Of a DNA stretch of 64,000 nt, positions 53,227 to 64,000 are shown one piece after another; the first letter of the stretch is position 1; the number at the start of each line of letters is the position of its first letter. Under the pieces are notes generated by a model, which was given only the letters and a program-made list of their open reading frames with translations, was not told the origin of the DNA and did not search any database. Where the stretch lies: contig OX597815.1 in assembly GCA_951406725.2 (NCBI GenBank), positions 108,252,001-108,316,000 on the forward strand. Reading direction: 5' to 3'. The position numbers were made by a program, and so were the translations under genes. This DNA comes from Octopus vulgaris (lineage: Eukaryota).

Positions 53227-55404
53227 TTGCAGTGTTTGTTCCAGCTCTTTACATTCTGTGTTAAAATCCCACTGATATGAACTTTGCCTGTCATCATTTC
53301 AAGGTTCATAAAATAAACTGCTTTAAGTTACTTCTGTAACTTTACAAAAAGCACGTACATACCTTTATGTTGTGAGTTTCATTTTTATTTTTCTGTTTAT
53401 TTCAGGAAATATTATGCTTGTAGTGAGCGTGAATGAGTAAGTGTGTGTGTGTGTATGTGTGTATTTCCTCTGAGCCCTTCAGAATGTATTTACTCATGAA
53501 ATAAATATTTGCTACAAATGTGAGTTATTTTTCCCTCCGCATTTAAAAACCTTACTTATTTCAGAAGTTGACCACAGATATTTTTAATATTTAATTGTGA
53601 AGTTCCTGCTGTAAAGTATTTTTACAACTCTAGCTGCTAGTAACTAAGACAGATGTTTCATTTCCTTGTATCAATTCCCATATAATTTGAAATTTATTTA
53701 GTTGACGTCAGTTAGAAGTTCACCTTTAATGAGGTACATGTGTTATTTCTTTTCCCATGTACACATTCACCAGAAACATAGTGTATATCAGGCTTTGATA
53801 TTTCAATGTTTGTATAGATTTATTTTGATTTGTATGTGTAAACTCCTATTTTAGTGTGCTAAGTAGGTTCAAGTACAACATATTTTAGATAAATACATGA
53901 ATAAAAACTACACACTCACGCATGTATGTATGTTTCTATAAACATAATCATACATACATTTTTGAGTTGTTCTTCTTGTTTAGACCTAGTTCAGCTTGAT
54001 ACAAAGAATTATAGCCATAGCCATTCCTTCTTTTACGAACCATGTTTCTAGGAACTATATATTGTGTGACCTTACTGCTTATCAAACACTAGGTTGTGAT
54101 GCTTATTCAGTCAAGGATTTGTGTTAAGGTACAGCCACAACTGCATCATGACCAATCTTCTCCTATGTGATGTCCTTGGGCTTCTGAATATTCAACTGCT
54201 TATGCTTTAATTTCAGGAGTAGGAATTCAGTTGGTTGAATAATTCAAATTTGATTGTGAATCCACCAGTATTTGATCATAGTGATTCATTATAAGCTTGC
54301 TTTATCTTTTCGACAGATTCATCTTCTTGTCTTAGCACACATTTGACAATATCATTCTAGATATACAAAACAACAGGAGAGTCAAGAATATCAAGCTTTT
54401 CTTCATAGATATGTACAATCAGAGTTCATCTTGGTGTTAAACAACAACAACTTGACTATTTTAACACATTTAAATAGAGTCTAATCATGAAATATACTAT
54501 TCACTGGCAATATAGTTACCCAATCATGCTATATTACAGCACTTGATTTGTTAGAAATAGCAGTCATATCTTCTTCAAATTTTGCCACATTTGGTGCATG
54601 CAACATATTTTATCACATTGCATGTTATATGTAATATGTTAAATTTTCTAAATATGAGTGCAGAAATTCATGATGTACTGTGTATAGAATATGTGTGTGT
54701 GTGTGTGTGTATCTACCTACCTACAACAAGGCACCTGTTTCTGTCTCTCTGTCTCACTATTACCTTTCATCATCTGACACAAAATCACCTCCACCAATGG
54801 CACAGGTGCCACTTAAAAACCATCCAGTCTATACCGTAAAGTGGTTGGCATTTTGAAGAATAACCAGCTGTAAAAACCTTACCAAAACTGACTTCGCTTC
54901 TGCTTGTGCCACGTAAAAAGCACCAATACCATTCAGCTGGGTGGTTGGGGGTGGGAAGGGCATCCAGCTGTAAAAATCCTGCCAAATGAGTCACAGAAGT
55001 CTGGTGCAGGCTTCTACCTGGCTGGTTCCTGTCAAACCATCCCAACTATGCTAGTATGGTATGGGTCCCACCCAATGATGATGATAATGATATAACAGTT
55101 CAGGATTCAAGTGAATCAGGTACTTGAACAGTAAAGCACCAGGTCAGGTCAAAAAAAAAAAGAGGAAATTGCATATACAACTAAATCAGGAGAACAAATA
55201 CATGCATGCTCAAATACAGACAGATTATTATTCCAGTTACATATACAATTAACTGCACCTGACTGAGTATATTATAAGTCTCAAGGCTGCATTTAGGAAC
55301 AGACTACACTGATTGTACAGCATTTAATAGCCTCCCCAGATCCATACTATTAGCAGGTTCTGAGTAAGGTGAATAATAAATAAATAACAACAGATGAATA
55401 ATGG

Positions 55405-55494
55405 CTCAATCACTACAGCTGTTTCCAACAAATTTTTTTTTATTGATAAATGAAGATATTACATCATGTGAAAAAAACGTTTTCATCAGTTGAA
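55405..55494 (-). ncRNA. Degenerate type I hammerhead candidate
   Basis: Minus strand: TTCAA-CTGATGA-AAAC..GTTG-GAAAC-AGCT-GTA-GTGA; palindromic stem III ACAGCTGT; weak stems I and II. Confidence 0.45.
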
Positions 55495-55821
55495 TATACA
55501 CAAATTACATACACAACACACACCTATATATATATATATATATACAGGTATGGCTGAATGACAATTAAGCAACATAGGTTTAGGCTCTAATGTTAACTGC
55601 ATTAAATTTCCAGTGTCTCTAGTACCGATGAGTTGTCCATATCTGAGTTGGGGTGAGCTATGAGAAAATAAGATCTCAGTAACAATGAGAGAAAAGAACA
55701 TGGGCATAACTTGGTATGTCTTTATTCTACTTGTTAAATCAAGCACATTGTCAGACAATCGAAAAGGATTGTCTAATGATGAGTTTGTTCCATGCTGATC
55801 CTATAAGCTGTACTTACTTAC

Positions 55822-55864
55822 CCACTGGTTGACACTATTGGATGGCATCATGTGTTGCCAGATA
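55822..55864 (-). CDS. Candidate 43-nt start-codon exon (MMPSNSVNQW, phase 0) of an unidentified host gene
   Basis: Minus strand: tttcag|TATCTGGCAACAC ATG ATG CCA TCC AAT AGT GTC AAC CAG TGG|gtaagt, ~300 bp from the CpG-rich island. Confidence 0.45.
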
Positions 55865-56114
55865 CTGAAACTTATATAACAATTGCAATAAAAAAAGAAT
55901 CAAGTTATGCCCATGTAACGAGCTTAGTGTTGAGTGATGTGAATATCTTGTCTTGTACTTTCGGGGTACAAGAAAGCAATCACTAGCCGTTGCTTTAATA
56001 ATCCAGAATTCTACCAGTCAGAAACAACAAGACGCAGACGTAAAATATATATATACTACTTTATTCTCTTTCTTGGTAACAGTAACAATAAGTGTGTTAT
56101 CTGATGTCCTTGGT

Positions 56115-56490
56115 TCTGGGCGCGCAAGGCTGAAAGTTAATCGATTGTAATATTTACAATGTTCAGCCGCCAAAACAGAAAGGGTCAAAATGGCGTCCGG
56201 AGGAAGAAGATGATGTCTGCAACAATCCAGGTTAAAGGCCTTTTGGTAAGGACTGCTAGAAGCAAGTTCGAACGGAGAGAAAATATGCGTGACCGTCTCC
56301 TTCAATCGCTGCTGTCCCAAGTCCCCGCTGCTGCTGCCAGCGGTCAAACGTTCTACGACCCCCTGCCTTGGCCAGGGTCGTGCTTCCGGTGGTTCGCGCA
56401 TGCGCGAGAGGGCCCTTCCTTTCTGTGCCTTGGTAAAGGCACCAACATGCGCGAAATACAAATGGACGGTGCGCGAGCGCGCACCGTTAT
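56115..56490. promoter_or_regulatory. CpG-rich promoter-like island with YY1-, ETS- and NRF1-like motifs
   Basis: The only non-repeat CpG-dense stretch; CAAAATGGCG (56186-56195), CTTCCGG (~56383), palindrome TCGCGCATGCGCGA (56394-56407). Confidence 0.75.
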
Positions 56491-57059
56491 AGGGTCACTA
56501 CACCCATATTATTTTCTCTTTTTCTCTCTTTCTCTCTTTCCTACCCTCTCTCTCTGCCTCCCCATCTCTCTGTCCCTTTCTCCCCCCCCACACACACAAT
56601 TATTAGCAACAGGGCAATATTAATACTAAGAGGCAATCTTTATGACCAACTTAACCTGAATGTTTCATTAGAATACTGTGGTATTTGCATTGAGAAGACC
56701 TCTTATAGGCATATATGGGGCATAAAAGCACACACATACACACACACATATACACATATGTATGCATGTATGTATGTATGTATGTATGTATGTATGTATG
56801 TATGTATGTGCGTGTGTATATATATATGGTGACAGACATCATATGCAAAGCTTTTGCGCAGCTATTATCTATCATATCCACTCACAAGTCATTAGTTGGC
56901 TTAGGAGACAGAAAGCACTCACTCAAGATGCTATGCAGTGGGACTGAACCAAAAACCATGGTTTTCAAACCAAACTTCTCAATCACAGAGCCATACCTGA
57001 ACATTGATAAAACAAAAAAGTAAAAAAAACGAAGCACCACTCCACTGAGCCAAAGATCC

Positions 57060-57290
57060 TAACATCACCATCAAGATACAAGACCAGATATTGCAATTGC
57101 TTGAGTTTCAAGGGCCCACAGCTCTTCAATGTCCTTGCAGAAAGTCTGAGAGACTTGCATGGTGCAGATGTAGGTGTCTACTAAACAAAACTGGAGTACC
57201 TCCTGTCAAGGGTTCTGGATGACCCTATTTCACAACAAGTAACACAGATGAGGGCAACAGCATCGAACTCCCTCATTCCCTCATTCACTA
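57060..57290 (+). mobile_element. 3' end of a CR1-group LINE
   Basis: RYCNCLSFKGPQLFNVLAESLRDLHG..TKLEYLLSRVLDDP..RATASNSLI. Confidence 0.65.
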
Positions 57291-57430
57291 AATGCCACAT
57301 TTAAAAAGACGTTTCAAGTATCGAAGATGTAGCAAAGCCTCCAGTATGGCCACAACTTTCAAGCTGAAACTAGTTAAAGAGTAAAAGAGTTACGTGTGCG
57401 TTTGTGGCGTGTGTGTGTGTATGAGAGAGA

Positions 57431-57466
<36 letters not shown>

Positions 57467-57884
57467 GAGAGAGAGAGAGAGAGAGAGTGGGGAGAGAGAA
57501 AGGGCATATGAATTCATGCAAAGAGTAGAAATTGTTGAATAGCCATTTCAGCAATAAAATAAAATGTATACAATAGTATTTTTGCTCATACAAAATGGAA
57601 GAAAATAATAAATAATACATTAAATAACAAATGTAACATTGAAATATATCTAAAGACCTTCTCATATTTCCAATAAAGTAACTCAAAAAGATTAAAAAAA
57701 GAACTGCATAAATATTAAAAAATAAAGAATGAATTAGAACTCTTCTTAGAATACATCTGACAATTACATTCTGTTCAACTGAAATATTAGTGCAAGACAG
57801 TGTTGGAAATGAAAATGGATAAGACATCATATAAATAAATAAAAATATAGAAAGACAGATGCAGATAGGATGAAAGATGCATAA

Positions 57885-57921
<37 letters not shown>

Positions 57922-58712
57922 AAGATATGTGAATAAATAAGTAGATATATAAAAATATAGTGAAATAGATAAATAGATAGCGAGAAAGATAGATAAACAC
58001 ATGAATAAATAACAAGATAATATCTAAATATTGATAGAGAGATAGTAAGAGATTCATAAATGGATAAATGGATAGATATGAAAATAACAAAATAAGTAAT
58101 GGTCTGCATGAAAATATAAATAAAGATATAAACAAAGGTAACAACTAAGCCAGAATAACAATTCATGAGAAGTAGTATAATAGATACTTTAAGACATATA
58201 GCCTCCAGAGATGAAGAATTAACACATACATACATATAAAGATACATACATACATACATACATATATGAGTAAGCATGTGTGTATATTGTATGTGTTTGG
58301 TGTATGTTTGTTGATAATTGAGATATTTGTGTGTGTGCATGTGTGTATATATATATATATATATATATTTATTTATATATATATTTATATACATATTTAT
58401 ATATATATATGTATACATAAATGTATGTATATGTATATGTATATACACATATACACACATTTATATATAAATATATATATGTGTCTGTAAATATAATTAC
58501 ATATATACATTTACACAGGCATACATATATGTTTATATACATATCCATTTTATAAATAAATATATCTCTATATATATATATATGTATATGTGTCTCTATT
58601 CATGTGTATGTGTGTATGTATATTATATATATATATATATACCTATATTATATTATATATTTATATGTATATATAAAATATGTATGTATAATATGTATAA
58701 TATATATTACAT

Positions 58713-58773
<61 letters not shown>

Positions 58774-58948
58774 TACATATACATATGCACACATGTATTT
58801 CTCTATCTATCTATCTGTCCATACATATATATATATATATGCAAACATATACATTTATGTGTATGCATATATATATAGATATATTTGCATATGCATGCAC
58901 AAAACACATACACACACGTACACACACACATACACATGTACACACTCA

Positions 58949-58984
<36 letters not shown>

Positions 58985-59949
58985 ATATCTAATTCATCTA
59001 AACAAAAATTAGTGTACTCAACTCAAAGTAGAATGTAGCAAATATAACAGTAAATACATCGAAGCTAAGTGTTCACTGACAGATTCTGAATTTCAATTTA
59101 AGAATTGTGTCTGATAAACTACAGTTGTCTATTTTTTGGTACTGCCATGATGTAATTCAACCAGAACTTGGCTTTGGTTGACTAAAGCATAGCAGCAGCA
59201 GCCACCAAGGAATAGATGAATGTGGCTGTAAAACACAGTTTGTTTCTCCCATGAAACTGAGAGTCTGCCTGTGTGTGTTTATTTCATATGTAAATGTTTA
59301 CATGTGTATGTGTATGTCATCATTCGGTTTTATTTCAAGATTTCTTGCCAATAGAGAAAGAACCAATTTCTAACCTAGATCCAAGGCTCCTTCATTGGAA
59401 TTTCAACATAAACAACATGGTATTTTTGTTTGTATGTCTCTTCTATTTTTAATTATTATAAATTTTCCATTGAGGTGGGAGCTGGTTTCCAACAAAGATA
59501 CAAGGCACCATCTTTGGGATACAGTCAACACAGACAATTTCATATTTGGAACTAGAGAAAAATCTTGCATATTTTTACTGTTCCACTCACAGAGTGCACT
59601 TGTAATGTACGAATCAGCCCATCAGTGTCTCTTTCTGAAAATCCAAGTTTATCCAGATTCTCCTTTAAGCATTTACTAACAAACCCAAGTGCTCCAGTTA
59701 TTATTTGTATGTATGTAATCACTTTGTTGCCGTGGAGACAAGTACTAATTATCTAATTAATTAATCTATTCATTGTCTTGTGTAGCTGTGTGGTTACGAA
59801 GTTTTTTTCCCAACCACATGGTTTTGGGTTCAGTCCAGCTGCATGCTAAGTATATGTATTATACTATAACCTCAGTCTAACCAAAGCCTTATAAGGGATT
59901 TTTTTAGATGGACACTGAATATAGCCCTTGTTTTATATATATATATATA

Positions 59950-60101
59950 TGGCTGTGTGGTAAGTAGCTTGCTAACCAACCACATGGTTCCGGGTTCAGT
60001 CCCACTGCGTGGCATCTTGGGCAAGTGTCTTCTGCTATAGCCCCAGGCCGACCAATGCCTTGTGAGTGGATTTGGTAGACGGAAACTGAAAGAAGCCTGT
60101 C

Positions 60102-60142
<41 letters not shown>

Positions 60143-60375
60143 TGTGTGTGTATATGTTTGTGTGTCTGTGTCTGTCCCCCTAGCATTGCTTGACAACCGA
60201 TGCTGGTGTGTTTACGTCCCTATCACTTAGCGGTTCAGCAAAACAGACCGATAGAATAAGTACTGGGCTTACAAAGAATAAGTCCCGGGGTCGATTTGCT
60301 CGACTAAAGGCGGTGCTCCAGCATGGCCGCAGTCAAATGACTGAAACAAGTAAAAGAGTAAAAGAGTAAAAGAGT
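59950..60375 (+). mobile_element. Near-intact octopus OK/OR-like tRNA-derived SINE
   Basis: GGCTGTGTGGTAAG A box, GGGTTCAGTCCC B box, CORE-like TTGGGCAAGTGTCTT, internal (TA)n/(TG)n and (GTAAAAGA)n tail; a truncated copy lies at 59782-59930. Confidence 0.85.
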
Positions 60376-61753
60376 ATATATACAAGGTGGCTCAAAAGTA
60401 CATTTGCAGTTATTCAACTATCTCTTTTGCATTCATATATTAACAGTTTAGATCTTAATTATAAAAAAATATGAAACCATTATTCTATGCTAATTTAGTT
60501 AATTGTAAGATAGAAATTTAAATGTAATAAAATATTTTAAAAGAAATTTAAAGTGCCTATGTGATAACTGTAAACCTACTTGTACTTACCTTCGAAACGT
60601 GGAGTAGTTGAAACAGGGACAACTGATGAAGGGGAATATTTTTTATGTTGTTTGTCTCGTTTCTTTTTTTTTTATCATTGTCCGAAAACAAGTTCGTTTC
60701 TATGTTTTTGTTTTTGTGATTTTGTTTCTCATTGTGTTCAACGTTTTTTTGATGTCCTGTACCCATATATGCATGTATATGTACATATATGTAGGTATGT
60801 ACATATATGTATGCATATATGCATATATTTATATATCGTTTATATATATATACATATATACATATATATATATGTATATCAGTATTTATGCATACATGTA
60901 TGCCCATACATGTGTGTGTGTATATATATGTATATATATATATAAGAAAAAGTGATGACAAAGGAAAAATAATGGTTATGTTATCAACCGCATTAGCTTA
61001 CAGCTGTTTCTGCAATATGATGCTGTGGACTCTTTGCTGGGTGCCTGAATAACAACCTATAATTTCATTGGATCTTTGAATTTGAAATGCAATTTATTTG
61101 GGAAGAAAGAATTAGATCTGCGTTAAATGAGTGGTGAAGCTGAAAGGACAAAATGAAAAAAACAAAGTGTATAGTGTATGGCCATGAACAATAACAATTT
61201 ATTGGTGTCAAAGGTTACACACCTTTTCTCATACTGAAGTTACAAGGAAATTTGATAAGCTGAAAATCTTTGTACAGCTCATGGTTAGCAACCAGAGTTG
61301 CTATGAATGCAAACAAAAACCCAAACCTTTGAAGAAATAAAATGGTTAAGAAGTCAGACATGGACATGTGTGCATGCTTGCACACTCTTACATGCAAAGT
61401 GGAAAACATAAAGAGATCACAAAGTAAAGGAAATATAAAAAAGTGCCAAAAGGTAATGGTTACTAATATGTAGAAGAAATTAAAGCAGAAGGGATGTAAG
61501 AGGATTAGTTGGGGAATAATAGGGGTGAGGCTCTATAATTTGTACCTTAAGAATGTGTTACATAATTTATGTTTGTAGTTTAGAATAAGGTCACTTGTTC
61601 ATTAATGCAGTTGCTGGTTTGTATTGCTGCAATGCTGAGGTCGCATTTGTTGTTATAACAACTATACGGTTTAGCATGGATAACAACAGACCCTTTTATA
61701 CTGTATGTGTGTGCGTGCATCTGTGTGCATCTGTGTGTATATATCTATATAAT

Positions 61754-61795
<42 letters not shown>

Positions 61796-61798
<3 letters not shown>

Positions 61799-62834
61799 TA
61801 CTGTGCAAAAGTCTTCGGCCACTTTAAACTATTGTAAATTTCTAGTATTGCCAACTTATAAGTGGATGTTTCACATTGCATTTTTTACAGATGAAACATT
61901 GGCCCTGTTGGAGCCATTTCCATACATAATCATTGTATTTTGTAGTAGGGGTTCTGAATAAGAGGGGAAGATGTGAGACCACCAAAAATGGCTATGCAAA
62001 AGTTTTCGGCAACCTCACATAAACCAATCAAGAAACAGTGTTTTAAAACAGAAAAATATCTATAATGAAAATTTATTACATAATGTTCATTTCAAGAAGT
62101 TACTACACATTGTTAATATTTCGTGTGGCTTCCCATAGCTTGAATGATTGCTTCAATGTGCCTGGGAAGAGATGCGTACAATTCCTTCACCATCTTCACC
62201 ATCTCCACAAGTATGAGATGCCATTCTCTCTCTGGCTGAGCTCCCGTAACTCTTCAAGATTGCGTGGATTTTTCTGAAGAACTCTTCTCTTTAGTTCTGC
62301 TCACATTTGCTCGATGATACTTAAGTCAGGGCTCTGAGCTGGCCAATCTTTCAATATGGTAACACCTTCATCAGCCAGACTGTTGTGTTGCACATGATCT
62401 GTGGCATGGAGCTCCATCATGCCGAAAAATCTCACCTTCATTCAAGCCTAGTATCAAATTGTCCTTCCGCAACTGGATGTATTCGGCACTATTCAAGTTA
62501 CACTGAATTTTAACCAACTTTCTTGAACCATCACTTTTTATCCTCAAAAACATCAGATTCGTACCCACAAACTTCACTGTTTTCATCATGTACCAGGGTC
62601 ATTTCACTTTCTAATAAGTGAGAATTTGTCAGAAGGCCTCCAGGTGGTCGTCTTGCATCTTGCCCTCTCATTCAAAATCCCTTCTACAAAATATAATGAT
62701 TAGGTATGGAAATAACTTTAACAGAGTCAATGTTTCATCTGTAAAAAGCGCAATAAGAAACATCCACTTATAAGTTGGCAATCAGTAGAAATTTACAATA
62801 GTTTAAAGTGGTCGAAGACTATTGCACAGTACTG
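61796..62834 (-). mobile_element. Internally deleted Tc1-like transposon with long (~110-170 bp) TIRs
   Basis: TA|CAGTACTGTGCAA.AGTCTTCG.CCACTTT at both ends; remnant FRHDGAPCH and WPAQSPDLSIIEQM. Confidence 0.9.
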
Positions 62835-62908
62835 TATCTGTCTATCTATCTATCTATCTATCTATCCATCTACATGCATATATATATACATATGCACATG
62901 TATGTATA

Positions 62909-62946
<38 letters not shown>

Positions 62947-63094
62947 TATATATATAAATATATATACATATACACACGTGTATATATATACACACACATA
63001 TATATATAAAGTTTCTGATAAGTACTAGGGTCAATGTAACCAACTTTCCCCTTTCTTGGTAACCTTCTGCCAAAATTTGAAAGAATTGTCCTCA

Positions 63095-63144
<50 letters not shown>

Positions 63145-63738
63145 GAGTGAGAGAGCAGTGCATGCCATCAAAATGACACTGGGGTAAAATATATGAAGCC
63201 CAGTATACCCATCATGACTACCTGTCTGATAAGGGTACACCAGGCATATGCATCACAACCATGTGTGCGCGAAATAGTGATCTCATATAAAGATAAACAG
63301 CGCATGGCTTTGCAGGTGGGGCCCAGTTAGAATTTTCTTCAGGTTAAGTAGCCCATCCCACTCAAAAGGTCCATGAATAAGGATTGTTTAAGGATATTGA
63401 ACGAACCACATGTGTTTCCAAAGGTGAATTATCCAAACCACCAAGAATTCCTTTCAACACATGGCTATGATGCTCCCCCACTACTTCTGCTCATGATCAC
63501 AGATGCACATATCATCAGCCACTAAGGGATATGCACAACTGATTAAGGTCAAACAACTGACAAGCAAATCTGTGGTATTGAGATACCACAGATTTGCTTG
63601 TAGCCCATCTTTTATACCAAGAGTATTTGCTGTAGCCCATTTTTTATACTAAGACAAAACAATGTGCATGATAACACTTCCAATCTGTTAAGATCAGAAT
63701 CCATGAGAACCACTGTCTGGTACTGCATCAGGGCATTT
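63145..63738 (-). mobile_element. (TAA)n-inserted interspersed repeat (copy 2)
   Basis: Colinear with 651-1180; (TTA)n on both sides. Confidence 0.8.
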
Positions 63739-63762
63739 ATTATTATTATTATTATTATTATT

Positions 63763-64000
63763 CAGTAGTTTTATTTTTATAGCGTGCTTTCACTTCACAA
63801 CCGAGTGCAGCTCTGTGTACCTTGGGTATGTGCTGTGATTTGTTGTGATGCTCTGATGGTTATTGTATGGAAAGTATTCTGTGTAGGATGTGTGCAGTAC
63901 CTAGTAGTGCAATTTTCTGTATGTTATATGTGTTTGTAAGTCCTGGTGTTTTTGCTATGTATTTGTCTGAATATTTTTTTATCATGCCTAATGCACCTAC
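63763..64000 (-). mobile_element. 3' end of the Dong/R4-like LINE, running off the window
   Basis: Reverse complement of ~4746-4984; (TAA)n tail. Confidence 0.92.

Noticed and set aside
56018-56623. 147-aa and 154-aa ORFs across the GC-rich island
   Set aside because: No recognisable domain; open frames on both strands are expected from high GC content
60995-61075. GAAACAGCTGTA on the minus strand (hammerhead stem III-like); similar partial motifs at ~7480-7521, ~30020, ~49750 and ~51205
   Set aside because: The matching core half or the stems are missing, so these are too decayed to call

Overview
AT-rich, repeat-dominated eukaryotic genomic DNA. The SINE, LINE and microsatellite repertoire strongly suggests an octopus (coleoid cephalopod); this is an inference. 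Most of the window is intron-like or intergenic, and most ORFs in the supplied track are microsatellite artefacts. Recognisable content: a young Dong/R4-type LINE sitting in (TAA)n arrays; RTE, CR1-like, CRE-like and Penelope retroelement remnants; several decayed Tc1/mariner/pogo DNA transposons; two non-autonomous Helitrons and a Helentron/DINE-like element; many tRNA-derived SINEs; and one CpG-rich promoter-like island (~56.1-56.5 kb) with a candidate start-codon exon on the minus strand. The most striking unannotated signal is a set of at least five sequence-unrelated type I hammerhead-ribozyme motifs (8.5, 34.6, 36.3, 38.9 and 55.4 kb). They have short, mostly palindromic stem III, and four have long stem-II inserts. 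One carries a compensatory U3-A8 core inside a ~475-bp fold-back, and another lies in a ~470-bp repeat unit that resembles a retrozyme or Penelope pLTR. All calls are by eye; no searches or folding programs were run.
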